A DNA stretch of 64,000 nt. Origin: Eledone cirrhosa. Its lineage: Eukaryota. Where the stretch lies: positions 319,610,001-319,674,000 of the forward strand of contig OZ024742.1 of the NCBI GenBank assembly GCA_964016885.1. Reading direction: 5' to 3'. The translations under genes and the position numbers were made by a program. The notes below the pieces were generated by a model. That model was not told the origin of the DNA, did not search any database, and saw only the letters and a list, made by a program, of their open reading frames with translations. Of this stretch, positions 15,312 to 28,459 are shown one piece after another. The first letter of the stretch is position 1. Each line of letters opens with the position of its first letter.

Positions 15312-15450
15312 GCTACTGTACGTCTGTATACATATATGTATGTACGTATACATACATACTTACATTTATGTATGTATGTATGTATATATATATAGTTCAA
15401 GGAAACAACAGAGTGGTACAAAAAGTCTATACATTCATACATAGATACAT

Positions 15451-16057
15451 GGTGGCTGACAACTCGTTTTCGAGTACGGCCACTACTTTATATCCATGTA
15501 GGAGAACCCCCACCGATGCGCTGAATAAGTGTGACTTTTTAGTCCAGCCAGCGACTTGAAAACTCTGGTACAAACACTACACTTGTGACAATTATTGACA
15601 CATAGTGCTGGGCCCATGGTACCATGTGACGACAAGTGCAGAGAGATCTCCAGATATAAAGCAATGCCTGTGCTGTGAAGCTTTTATAGTGAGCAAAGGC
15701 ACTGCACAAAGCCAGTCCCACTCTCTTAACCAAGATGATATTTACCAAAAAGAAGAACAAGTCAACATCATTGGAAACCATCAGGGTTGCAGGTGTTATA
15801 TCAGAGTTTTCCTTCTCCTAGAATTCTGCCTTGACAAAGGCTAAGGGGTCATCTCTCCTGGTGATTTTGGATGGCCATTGACTCTTAAGAGCTCCTTTGG
15901 CCTTTGACAGGTTTTGTTTTTAGTCCTGCAGGATGTCCAAAGTCACCCTCCTCACCAAGAAACCTTGGTGGGGTTGCCAGTTTAGTCGCCAACGACCCGA
16001 CCATGGGACAGGTTGTACTGGGATACATGTTACCAGTAGCACCAACTGGTGACCTGA
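15451..16057 (-). mobile_element. Bipartite RTE derivative, copy 2 (longer 5' end)
   Basis: Closely similar to 6085-6678. Its 5' start TCAGGTCAC also matches the partial copy at 22946-23133 (+). Confidence 0.65.
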
Positions 16058-17744
16058 CATAACATACATACATAGTATAACAGGTAAATTGGGACAAGTT
16101 TCAAACCGGTATATTTCTAATAGCATAGATTTTGTTGTATTTTAAATATTACCAGCTTGAGTAATCATTTAATCATAATTTGTTGAATATGAAATAAAAA
16201 TAGTATGTTAATAAAGAATTAAACTGTAGAAGTGTAATTGCTGGATTATTTACATGCATACACGCGGAACACACAAGCTGAAACCGCTTGGCACCACGGT
16301 CGGGATTTTAGACCTCTCTCTCCCCCACTATCTCTCCACTCTCCCTCTTTCTCTCTCTTTCTCTTTCTTTCTCTCTATCTCTCTCTATCTTAACACACAC
16401 ACGTGTGTATTTTTTATTTTATACTGTAGATTCAAATAATAGATGCATGTATTATGGTGCAGGTTGCATGATCAAAATTGATTCTTATCTTCTGCTTTCA
16501 TACTATTGTAGCCTGGTTAGTCAATTATAATACTCTAATATCTTAAAATCTGTTTGTGCCAGGCTTTAGAGAAACTTATTTGTTTAGGACCACCAACAAT
16601 CTTGAAACTTTATATAGCTTCAATGCAAGATTATTGCCTAGTTGTTGATTTTGTCTTCTGCTGCTACATCAACACTCATATTAGAAATGCTTTGTGATGG
16701 GAATGGTCCTGTAATATTGGTTGTGGCGCCCTAACAGAATTGTTTTTAAATTTCAATGAAATCCAGTTTTCAACCCCAACAGACTGCATGAAGGCTTGCA
16801 TTATAACATTCCATTTCTCCATTGTTCTCCAGAACTAGAGCTGGATGTCCAAACTAAATCTGTGTTTTGTATGCATGCGTGCAGGCAGACATGTTGTGAA
16901 ATGTTTATCAAAGAAGAAACATAGGTTTTTTTTTTGTTCATACAAATGGTTGTAAGTGAAAACAGTTCTAAGAACAAGTTTGTATAACTAGGATTTTTTT
17001 CAACACGCTGATGCGTATGTGTATTATGTGTGTATATGCATATGCATACATTTATATGTATGAGTATATAAATATAAACATGCAAACACAGACACACTTA
17101 CAAAAATACACACTCACAGGCAGCAGATGTAAAAAGAGAGGAGTAGTATGAGGTAGTCAAACTACTTCTCTCTCTTTATGTGTTGTGACAGAATCGCAGA
17201 AATTCATATATAGATAGACTCAGTATGTGCAGAACTTAATGTTGTGCCATATTAATAACAATCAAAATTTCTTTTATCAGTATGATTCTTTAATCTTTTT
17301 GTTAACATTTTTTTCTTTTGCATTTGTATATTTAGTAGACATCGATGTTAGTAATTTGCTTTACATACTTATGGTACTTGATTCATTACTCATCTCCCAA
17401 CATCTCAAGTATTTGAGTTATTATTGAAAGTAGAATCTGTTTGATCTCTTTTGGCTATTTTACTGCCCCAATATAAGATTATACAATAATTTTTGGAAAG
17501 GAAAAAAAAATGCAAACATGGAACAACGGATGTAAAATAATGATGATGATATTTTCATCAAATATACTTTGTTTATTTTCAATGCATCATTTTGTTTGCA
17601 TGTAATGACAACAATTCCAATAACATAGGAGGGGAAGAGAGTTACTATTAAATGTTTCCACTTTCCTTCTAATCATGCTTATGGAAGTATATAAAATCCA
17701 CATGTCACCACTATAAATGAAACTTAAGGGTCAGACAACCTCAT

Positions 17745-18915
17745 GGTCCCAGTTATTAGGATGGAGACATGCTAGAACAAGCACTCCATTGCATGAGGCC
17801 CGCACCTGCGAGTAGCCAACTCTGCTTCAATAGCAGTGAGCAGGGATGTGGTCTGGGTGCCAAAAACAGCGGAAATCTCCACTGCCACGGGCTCAACTAC
17901 AAACCTATAAGAGAACAGCCGATACTTTGACAGTTTGCCCTTTCAGCCTATCAGGCTGCAAAAGCCTGGGCTGGTAGCCCAAAGCACAAGGTTGCCACTA
18001 GAGAAGGTATCACAATATGTAGCATTACAGATGATAGGCCCTACCCCCACGGAACTGGAAGATTTGTAATGCTGTCTGGCCTATTGCTTTCCTCTTTGTT
18101 GCACTGGATGGGACTCCATTTGATTTGGGAAGGGACTAGACTTCAGCAGAGGGGGGAGGGGATGGATGTCTGCAGGGCAAGGCTGGCAGAGCCAATGAGA
18201 CTGGAGGCTGCCATATCTGACAGGTAAGGTTGCCTGTTGCCATCCAGTGTCATCAAACCAGATGTTGCATATCTCCTCAGCAGCCTGTCAGATGCAGACA
18301 TGTTCAGGTGCAATAGACTTACAGATGACCTTGGCTGCAGGCCTCCAGAAGATATTTCCTACTGCAATGGGGCATATTCCACCATTTTTCTTCCTAAGAG
18401 CAGTGAGGCTTTGGGAATAAGGGTCCAAGGCACTGTGAATGAACCTGTTATCAATAGTGCTCAGCAGCCGCTGGTGCCCAGCTTCGGCAGTGAATGGGGA
18501 TGAGTCTTTGAGTCTGCTGCTGCTAGGGAAAGAGCTCAGAGCAGAGATGATGTCCTCCGTGGAGACCACGTATAGCAGTTGAGGGTCAGGTGGGTGTATG
18601 AGTCTGAGGTCTGCAGGTGGCTTGCAATGATTAAGCCAGAGAGTGGCCAAGACTTTCTCAGTGGTGTAGAGGATGATGTCATCAGAGACAACTACTCTGG
18701 CGGCAACCGAGACATCACTCTTGATTAGTTTGGTATGCTTTGTGCTGGGGTGGAAGATTGCGGACACATGAATGAGTGGAGTTTGGCCTTCTCAGACACA
18801 CTAGGTATGGGCACCTGCCTAAAGATTGAGATATTGGCCTGGACCATGGCTGTTGTTGACAGGCTGCATCAATTGGCACCAGTGTTGGGAAGACCGAGGG
18901 CGAGTCAAGTAAAAT
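17745..18915 (-). mobile_element. CRE-like non-LTR retrotransposon relic (RLE endonuclease class), internally deleted
   Basis: ORF 18288-18767 has LTALRKKNGGICPIAVGNIFWRPAAK (CRE RT N-terminal motif). Decayed CNATYCDTF...KLSKY...PVAVE (RLE) lies downstream. Boundaries are approximate. Confidence 0.7.
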
Positions 18916-18959
18916 AAAACAATCACTATGTCAATTGGAGTCCAATTGACTTGTGTTTC

Positions 18960-20305
18960 ACATCATCATCATCACCCCTGTTTTACGTCCATTCTTCCAC
19001 GCTAGCATGGGTCGACGGGTTGTCCTGTTGTGGCCAATGCCAGGCCAGGTGACCATGTCTTGCTCATACAAAACTGATTTTGGCTTGATTTCTATAGCTA
19101 GATGCGCTTCCTGACACCAACCTCATTTACAGTGAGTTTTGGGTGCTTTTTTGTCGTGACACCTACACGACCACTTTACAGTGGGAAGGGGATGGGGTCA
19201 TAGTCTATATGCTTCAGCTTGTACCCGTGGGAAGTCAGGTCTTCTGTATTACTGTATAACACCAGAGGTCTTGGTCCTGTGTCATCACCTTTGAGAGGTG
19301 CAATTGGGCAAGGTCAGCTTTTATCACCTCATCCCAGGCTTTCTTGGGTCTCCCCATTCCAAGGCTTCCATCGACTTTTAGTACTCTGCACCTTTTTATG
19401 CAGCTGTCATTCTTCATACGCATCACATGTCCATACCAACATAATCTCTCCTGTACACAGCATTTGATTCCTCTTATGCTTAGTCTCTCTCTAAATTCGT
19501 TTATTCTTTGCCGTTTGTGTATATTACTATTACACAAGCATCGGGGCATGCAATCTTTGTTTCTTTCTAATCTATGCACACAATGCCCAGGTCTCACTAC
19601 CATGTAACATTGCTCTTCGTATGCACTCACCATGCAGTCTGCCTTTCATTTTGAGGGAAAATCCTTTCACAGCTAGCAATTGTAGTAGCTCCCTGAACTT
19701 CTTCTATCCCGTTCGTACCCTGGTTACGCTAATTCGGTCACCTAGGTAGCAGAAGCTGTCTACTGTTTCTGCAGAACCCTCCCAGAATTTGGTAGTGCTT
19801 GTTTCCTGTGGCCATTTGCTGCTTACTGTCCCAGTGCAACTGCTACATGTAAAGCCTACATTCTTAACTAAACTTCCTGAGATCCCACTACATCTCTTGT
19901 GTACCCATAGTTTGCATTTGGGGCAGAGGATAGAATTTCTACCTGTACCGTTGCTACATAATGAGCAAGCCCATTTCCCTGAGGGTATCTGGGTTCTGTT
20001 TTCTTGTCTACTTACGAGGACCTTAATCTTTGTCAGGTTGACTTTGAAACCCCTTCTTTCTAGTCCCTGCTTCCATGTTTGGAATCTTCTCTAGTTCTAC
20101 CATAGATTCAGCTAAAAGTGTAAGATCATCCGTGTATAGAAGTTCCCATGGGCATCCGGTCTTAAACTCCTCTGTTATAGCCTGGAATATGATTAGTAAA
20201 CAGGAGAGGGCTAAGAACAGAGCCATGGTGAACACCGACCTGTATGCTAAATTCCTTGCTATAGTCATTGTTAACCCTAACTTTGCTGACTACTTCCCTA
20301 TACAT
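18960..20305 (-). mobile_element. Decayed RTE LINE (PHD-containing family)
   Basis: The minus strand has ELLYTDDL, CSLC...CPKCKLWVHKRC...FTCSSC, RLCWYGHV and a (GAT)n tail. Confidence 0.88.
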
Positions 20306-20661
20306 GAAAGTTCTCCTCTTGCCTTGGCAAGGTGTTTTGTGGCAGACCAGCATTGACCCATGCATGCCAGTTTCCCCTCTACACACCACTGATGTTGTCC
20401 AAGAAAAAGGCAACAGGTTGCTACATGGCATCTGTGTCATCACAGTTAATTTGTTTCTATCTGAGTGGACTGGAGCAATGTTAAATAAAGTCTTTCTCAA
20501 GACACATGTCACACAGTTTAAGAATCAAACTCGTGACTTTACAATGGTGAACCAAGCACCCCAATTACTAAGCCACATACATTTAATGAGTAGTATATTT
20601 ATATTTGCTGCATGTTCAAAGCTACATATGATTTATGTTTTCTATTTTTTTTTCTTTGTAG

Positions 20662-21026
20662 ATGAAAAACTTAATAAATTTCCTGAAAAAGTCAACTGTA
20701 GTAGTGGTACCGGCCATCGTAACATGTCGATATCATCTTCATTATCATCGTCTTCTTCATCATCATTATCATCGTCCTTGTCCGTCACTTCTAATCATGT
20801 GAACTCCCTGGCAGACAGCAAGACCACTGTTGCTGGCACAACGATTATCAACAGCTGCACAACATCCCCTGCTGCTGCTGCTATGGCAGCCACCGGTGCA
20901 GGGAGTAGCCACCGGCATGCCACTCGGGCTTCCCTTGTTGGAGGTGGCCACTCTTTGCAGGGTGTGCTAAGGCCACAGCAGACAATGAAAGAGATCTTGG
21001 CCAGTGTTCCTGGTGTCAGTAAAAAG
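20662..21026 (+). CDS. ASXL: ASXL/Additional sex combs, first identifiable coding exon
   Basis: Polypyrimidine tract plus TAG acceptor and AAG|GTAAGA donor. Ends ...QQTMKEILASVPGVSKK, in phase with the next exon (PRKR). Confidence 0.85.
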
Positions 21027-21105
21027 GTAAGACAATCTCAAGCATTAGTTCAATCAGTAGATTGCTAGAATATCTGTGGGGTGGGAGCATATATATATAT
21101 ATATA

Positions 21106-21298
21106 AATATGAAAAGATTCAGGACCTCGGTGGCTGAGCTCCAGCCAATTCGACAGTTAGATCCGAATTGTTTGGATCTTGCTGTCGAAACGGCTGGAGG
21201 TCCTGAATCTTTTCATATTACCCACTCCACTACCACAAGTATCAAGTACTTTGGTGCATTTTGGTCCCCCTGGTATCTTACCACACCCTCTTTGTTTT
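21106..21298. mobile_element. Short member of the asymmetric-IR family (long hairpin plus conserved tail) in (TA)n
   Basis: Perfect 23-bp IR at 21106-21128 and 21197-21219, an inner imperfect hairpin, and a tail homologous to 2358-2432. Confidence 0.65.
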
Positions 21299-21311
21299 AT
21301 ATATATATATA

Positions 21312-22214
21312 TCAAATTATAATATAGAGTTAGAAACTCACAATAAATCCCGTGATCAGGGGAGCTCAAGGAAGAGAGACCGAGCTCATTTTAAATCATA
21401 GCACTGAGATAATAAATTGTCAGGTAATAGGGGATACAATTCTACCCTGGTAAAGCACATAAAGACTACGGATGGAGCAGTAAATACAGATTAATAAAAT
21501 AATCAAAGTGTACATACCTCCACTATAACGATATATACCTGGACATAAGATATACACTATATATATACATATATTGTTATAATATATACAACACACATAT
21601 ATATATATATATATATATTATGTTACGGTACAAAAAATGCGAGAATCATAATACACACAGGAGCTTCTTATGAGCCTCACATACTAAAATGAGAGAGAGA
21701 AAAAATATAACTAACCTCCGAAAGTACATGGTTCCAACGAACAGGCAGTGCATACGGGTTAGCCCAGGGCAGCTTGAATATGCTGTTAGGTCACTAAAAA
21801 TAGCAGTCCGTAGCTAATCAAATATACAAAGGCCCAACTATATTAATTAATAAATTAGGAGCCCAAATACGTCAAATTATAATTTAGAGTTAGAAACTTA
21901 AAATAAATCCCGTGATGAGGGGAGCTCAAGGAAGAGAGACCAAGCTCATTTTAAATCATAGCAATGAGAGAAGGCACTGAGATAATAAATTATGTCAGGT
22001 AATAGGGGATAACATTTTACCCTGGTAAAGCACATAAAAACTACGGATGGAGCAGTAAATACAAATTAATAAAACAATCAAAGTGTACATACCTCCACTG
22101 TAACGATATACACCTGGACATAAGATATATGCTATATATACATATATTGGTATAATATATACAAGACATACACATATATATATATTATGTTTCGCTATAA
22201 AAAACGCAAAGAAT
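21312..22214. repeat. ~335-bp direct repeat pair with 560-bp period
   Basis: 21312-~21645 matches 21872-~22214. Confidence 0.85.
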
Positions 22215-23846
22215 TTTTTATAGTTAAAACAAGACTATATTGAAAAAAAAAATATTCAATATTTAACTATAAAGCCGTCATGTAGGAGACACAGTAAAAA
22301 GGCTCTCAGTCCACACTGTAAAAGTGGTTGGTGTTAGGAAAGGCATCCAGCCGTAGAAAACCTGCCAGAGACACTTCCATACGAGCAAGGCACAGTCTCC
22401 CAACCAATCCGTGCTGGAAAGTGTTGGATGAGCAAGGTGTGAATGAGTGGGAAAGGGCTAATGGGGGTAACATAGATCTGAGGGAGGTGGGGACACTGGA
22501 GTATTAAGATGAAGCAAAGTTAATTAGGGAGATAGGTACAAACAACTAACCTGCTCATATTCTTTTTAATATAGCCATACTCTACTACCCCAAGTATCAA
22601 GTTCTCTGTTGAGTAATGGTCTAACTAGTTTTAAACTGGTTCTACCCTGATATATATAGCCAAATAAAGATCAGAAATTCTATAAATCAACTTATCAACA
22701 CAAGAAGAAAATAGATTAAAAACTTTATCATTAAAAGATGGAAGTTAACATTTTTATCATAAAATTCTACCATAAAGAAAATATATTGAAAATATATTTA
22801 GTGTTGGTACCATGATAAAATGCACCTAGTACACTGCAAAATGGTCGGTTTTAGGAAGTGCATCTAACCATAGAAGCCACACCACAATATGCAATGTATG
22901 AGCCCGACATGGTTCAACAATCCATCTAGTCTCTAGTCTCTTATATCAGGTCACTCTCGAGTGCTACTGGTAGCGTGTAACCCAGTACAACCTGTCGCTT
23001 GGTCGGGTCGTCGGCGACTAAACCAGCAACCCCACCAAGTTTACTTGGTGAGGAGGGTGATTTTGGACACCCTGCAGAACAAAAGACAAAACCTGACAAA
23101 GGGCAGAAGAACTCATAAGAGTCAACGGCTATCTAAAGAAAAAAAAAAAAAAATCCTGCCGAATCAATGGGCGGCAGTAGTTCCAGCTGCACCCATTGAA
23201 AGACTGGTGTAGTGGTTCTCAGAACAATGTGGCTTTGCAGATATCGATGCAAATTGACAATGGAAATATGCTCCCACTCGAGTGAGAAGAGAACTATTGA
23301 CCTTCAGGTGAAGCAGCGACCCCTGATTGTATTCAGCAACTGAAACAAATATGAAGTACTCCAAATCCAATGCTCCTAGGGGCAGCCCTGGTTCTTCTTA
23401 TTTGCGAATGTAAACTCGGCCAGATTAGATTAGATAACCATGATTAGATAGATAACCATGCCAACCTGCCTGAATCATGCCAGCACGGGAAACAGGCTTA
23501 AAATGATGATAATTATCGACGTGCATACGTGTCAACTGCTACAAGGGTTATGGAGTTACACTAGAGAGATGCAATTAGTTACAGAGGCATCAAATTATTG
23601 AATCTGGTTATGAAGGTTACAGAGTGATAGCAAAACTGATTGGGGCCAAAATTAATCTTGAGTTTGGTTTTGTGTATGAAAGAAGCTCTATTGATACTTT
23701 CTAGTGAGACAACTGCAAGCCCCTTAACATTTGTGGGTAGGATTTCCATACAGTGTACTAATTGTAGTCTGTGGACACATGAGATGGTTTTCATTCTTCA
23801 ATGGTCAATAGAATAAAGTGGTAGTTAAGTACGATGGTCAGTTTAA

Positions 23847-24054
23847 CCCTTTAGTATTTAAACTGGCCATATCTGGCCAGAATTCTCTCACCCCTTTCTG
23901 TTCAAACCAGCCATAACCAGCTGCTTATACTTATGTTAAGGTACTGTTCTCAAAATAAATAATATCAAAATCTCATATATTTGATATTATGTGAGATAAA
24001 GCCTTTACCATGAAAATACAATAGTAAATATAGAGTAATGTAAATGCTAAAGGG
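23847..24054. mobile_element. piggyBac-type MITE
   Basis: TTAA|CCCTTTAGTATTTA ... TAAATGCTAAAGGG|TTAA. A second copy lies at 38519-38672. Confidence 0.85.
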
Positions 24055-24134
24055 TTAAATAACTCATTTCTTTGTTCCAAATTTCTGGCCTTTTGTTTAC
24101 GTGAGAAACAGTTATTTTATTATCTATTGTTAGT

Positions 24135-24650
24135 ATTCCTTTTACATTCCGAGTTCAAATCTTGCCAAGGTTAGCTGTTCTTCTTTATGGGGTTAATAAA
24201 ATAAGTACCAGTATTGCATTTTGGTTGATTTAGTCACATTTCCCCCTCCCCCAATATTGTTGGCCTTGTGCTTAAATCAGAAACTACATTATTGGTAGAG
24301 GGTCGAATGCCATGCTTTGCAGCATAGAGTTACGGCCCTTTATAATCTGAGTTCAAATCCTGCTGAGGTTAACTTTGCCTTTCATCCTTACGGGGTCGAT
24401 AAAATAAAGTACCAGTCATGCACTTGGGTCCATTTAATTGACTTTCCCCTCTCTCCAAATTGCTGGCCTTGTGCCTATATAAGAAACCATTATTAGTTGT
24501 GACATTGAATTGGCAGAATTGTTAGAGCATTTGATAAAATGCTTTGTGTATTCATTACATCTTTTTATGTTCTGAGTTCAAATTCTACTGAAGTCAACTT
24601 TGCTCTTTCCAAGGTTGGTAAAATAAAACACCAATAATGCACTGGGGCTG
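24135..24650 (+). mobile_element. Head-to-tail array of ~3 Nin-type SINE units
   Basis: Repeated GAGTTCAAATC...GAGGTYAACTTTGCCTTTCATCCT..GGGGTCGATAAAATAAAGTACCAG...TTGCTGGCCTTGTGCC at ~200-bp spacing. Confidence 0.75.
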
Positions 24651-25039
24651 ATTATAATTAATCATAATAGCTGTGGACATAACATGGTTGAATGGTTAAG
24701 AAGAACGCTTCACAATCATGAGGTTTTGGGTTCCATCCTACTGTATGCTATTTTAGATAAGTGTCCTTACCATTTCCTTAAGTCAAAACAGGACTTGTGA
24801 GCAAAATTGTGTAAATAGGAATTGTTTTGAAGCCTAATGGATTGATAGTATTTGTAAGTCAAAGTTAGAATTGTTTGAAATTACACTGGAAAATGTTAGC
24901 TATAATTTCCAGATCCTACCCGTATTTTTTGCTATTGTTATCAACCTTGATTAAATTTTCAAATTCAGTTTTATTTTGGAAAATCAAAAATTTATTTATT
25001 AATTATTTTTATAAATAATGATGTATTTATTTATTATAG

Positions 25040-25153
25040 CCCCGAAAGAGAACCAACAAGAAGTTGAGTCCTGCTGCCCAGCTGGAACAAACAAAAGAAG
25101 GATGTGTTGACTTGGAGACACCTGACTCTATTCTTGTCAACACTAACTTAAGA
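25040..25153 (+). CDS. ASXL: ASXL exon, start of ASXH/DEUBAD
   Basis: AG..GT bounded. Encodes PRKRTNKKLSPAAQLEQTKEGCVDLETPDSILVNTNLR. Confidence 0.96.
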
Positions 25154-25530
25154 GTAAGTTTATTTTTCTACTTTTACTACCATTTTACTGATGTGTAAAT
25201 AGGTACATGCATGGTTGTGTGGTTCAACCTCCATGACTGTATTTCTAATGAAATATATTCTAGAATTTCATAACTATATTCATAATGAAATACACTTTTA
25301 ATTGATTTATAAAGAAATTTTAGGAATTTACTAAAATTATTAATTATTTCATCACTAAAAAATAGAAATTTAACACATGGTTCTTACTTAAAATTATATT
25401 GGAAAATTTTTATTTAATTAGGAATGTTTTAAAATGGGTGGTTTTGTCTCATAGAACCAGTGCTGGTTTTGGTCAGGTTAGTATTAAAAGGATTAAAATT
25501 GCTTCACCATTTCACTCATAGCACTCCCTT

Positions 25531-25568
<38 letters not shown>

Positions 25569-26405
25569 CCTGATTATACAGAATCTTTAACCAATTGTTA
25601 TCATATTTCTAATAAAAAAAAAACATTGTCTGATTTTCAAATAATTTTGAACATAATTAAAATATTTGTAGGGATTTGCTATTGTGACTAACTTGCTCAT
25701 TATTAAACTGGTGTTTGATGCATAATTTAAGGGTTCTTATATGAAAGGTTAATTGAAGGTTTTTAAAACAGTTTTGTATCAAAAAAGCAGGGCCAGTCTC
25801 GGGCTGTTTGGTATCAAGAAGGTTAGATAGAAACCAACATATTTGAAGTCATAGTCACATGAATATATGATCAACTATATTACATTAATTAATTAATCAA
25901 GATCAGTTATTAAAAATAATTTATTTATTGTTTAATGTTGTTTTGAGAAAGCTAGTACAATGCAAGCTAGAAAGAGTAAAATAAGAAAAACAAAAGAAAC
26001 ATTTTACTATGTTTCGTGATATTTCGGAGTTAGGACACTTTTTCAAAAGAAAAGAAATGGAGTCTGGTGGTTATGGGGATTAGTACTCGTATGTCTAGAA
26101 ATTGAGTCAGTAGGTTGCTGCAGACTGGTATTGTTACAGTAGCCAATCAACTTCATGCGTCTCACATTTGCTATTAATGAGAGGTCTCGTTCTAACAATG
26201 AACATAGCCACTTTCATATACAAATTTTTGATGTTTCATTCAGTGGCCTTTGTGGTAACTTAGAGAACATTGATAACATTAAATTACTCTAGTTTCAATT
26301 CTTGTATTTCTTACTTGCATTGTACTGGCTTTCACCAAACATTCCTAACCACATGTTTCACAAAGCTTCATATAAACTATACCAATAAATTAATTATCCT
26401 TTCAG

Positions 26406-26506
26406 GCATTAATTAATAAGCACACATTCCAGCTTCTTCCAGCAGATTACCAGTATCGGTTGATTCAGCTTTTACCTGAGTGTGACCGGTTGGTTGAAGG
26501 GTCCAG
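26406..26506 (+). CDS. ASXL: ASXL exon, DEUBAD
   Basis: AG..GT bounded. Encodes [33 protein letters not shown](R). Confidence 0.96.
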
Positions 26507-27851
26507 GTAGGAAATTATATATATAAAACTGTGGTACACTGTATTCTTGCATGTTGTAAAAATCTAACCCCTACTCTGTCTGGGAAACTGGCCTTAAAAT
26601 TTCTCTAGTTGTGTATTTGCTTTATTTTATCTAAGATAACAGTCTGGAAGTCTTGATAATTGCCAGATATACCAAAGTGACAGTGGTTTGTCCTGCAACT
26701 GGCTTCTGTGGCTGTTTTTATTAAACACATAACTTATGATTTGATAAGGCATCTACTAATCATCACCATCACCGTCATCAGTGGTAACATTTTTAGGTCT
26801 TGGCATTGGTTTGACAAACGTTTTTTAGGCAAAATTCTGCATCCTGATGATTGTCCTGGTGCTAATCCATACTGGTTTTTAAAGTGAGACAGATCTTCAC
26901 ACATAAGTGGTGAGCTGCAAGACATAATATTAACACTTGCACTAGCTATATCAAATGTGAAGCAAAGATTATATGCACAAACAAAAATACTTAGTTACCA
27001 TCTACCAAATTTATTCACAAGGTATTGGTTGATCCAAGGTTATAGTAGAAGACACTTACCTGAAGTAGCAGAGAACAAACTTCTTACAAGCCATTCCTGT
27101 ACCTATTAGATAATATATACCAGAAATATTTTTGTAAAGAGTCTTTGTTTCACTGTTAAGGATGTAATTAATATCTAAAACTAACCATTATTTGTTATTC
27201 ATATATCTACAATGGTCCAGAAGAGCAGAGATGGATGTAGTTGAAATATTGAAAAGGGAAAAAGAGTGATGAGTAAATACTATATCTTTTTGTGTATAAT
27301 ACAAAAAATTTGAAACTAAAATTAAAAGTAAAGACATTATAGATGAGTACAAATTTTTAGAAATTTTTGTTGGAATACTCATTTCAAATTGCAAGATTGC
27401 AAATAGACTCAGTGGGTGCTGCTACACAAAAACTCTAAACATCTGGTTGATTTACATTCTTTAATACCATGAAAACCTGAATATTGTAGTGAAATATATG
27501 TGTGAGATCAAGATTTTGATGGATAACATGGTACATGTTTATTAAAAATACACATATGGCTGTACTCCAGGATGATATTATACTCAAGCCTTGTTATACT
27601 CCAAGAATACAGAATTTATTTATTCAACTGGATCGTCTGTTTTTGCTATTGTTCTAGCAGCAGTGATCTATTTCAATTATTTCCATATATAGATCTGTAA
27701 TATTGATTTCTGATTTATGCACAGGGTCAAGAATTCTTTTTGTTTCTTTCTATCTGAAAGAATGCTACTGACAAGGGAGATTATTGTCTATAAAATACCA
27801 TTTGTTTGTTGAATGAAACTTTTAATGCTTATGTCTGTTTCTTTCATACAG

Positions 27852-27925
27852 AATGAGTACAACTGCTTTAAATAATGAGTTCTTTTCCAAAGCCTGTCAA
27901 GAATGGAAAGAAAGATTGGCAGAAG
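27852..27925 (+). CDS. ASXL: ASXL exon, DEUBAD (NEF motif)
   Basis: AG..GT bounded and phase-compatible. Encodes MSTTALNNEFFSKACQEWKERLAE(G). Confidence 0.96.
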
Positions 27926-28459
27926 GTAATATAAGTTTTACATTTTTTCTTTGGTTTTGTGATGGGAAAGTTATGTGTGTGTATTAATTATTAGTAATAC
28001 AGATGAAAAGTTTAAGCAAAGAATTTCTGCTTTCACCCTAAGTGAGATCATCTGTAACTGAGAAAAATCATTCTGAAGATGCAGAAGTAAATATTTTGAA
28101 AATATTACGATCAAATATTCCCTTTAGAAAACAGGAATGCATAATGGTAGTGCGTGAGGATGTTCTCTTGAGATGAGCAAAATGTATGCAAGGAGAATTA
28201 CATCATTATGTGGAGCGGGAAGAACAAATTCTTGCTATGAAAAAATCAGGAAACTAATATTCTTTTTAGAATAACCAAATCATTTCTAGTTTAAAGTTAG
28301 ATTGTTCTTAGCTATCACATCATAACTTATGTCATCAGCATCATGTCCATACTATCTGATAGGATACAAAAATGTTTTATGCAGTCTATATTTACAAGTC
28401 AACATTTTTTGTTTAAAATCCATTTGTTGGCACAAAGATCAGTCTTTTATTTCCATTAG

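Noticed and set aside
16100-17700. Search for upstream ASXL (HARE-HTH) exons in this unique-looking stretch
   Set aside because: I found no recognisable ASXL motif or convincing exon by eye.
20268-20661. N-terminal part of the 266-aa ORF 20268-21068
   Set aside because: It lies upstream of the splice acceptor and consists of antisense RTE and SINE sequence.
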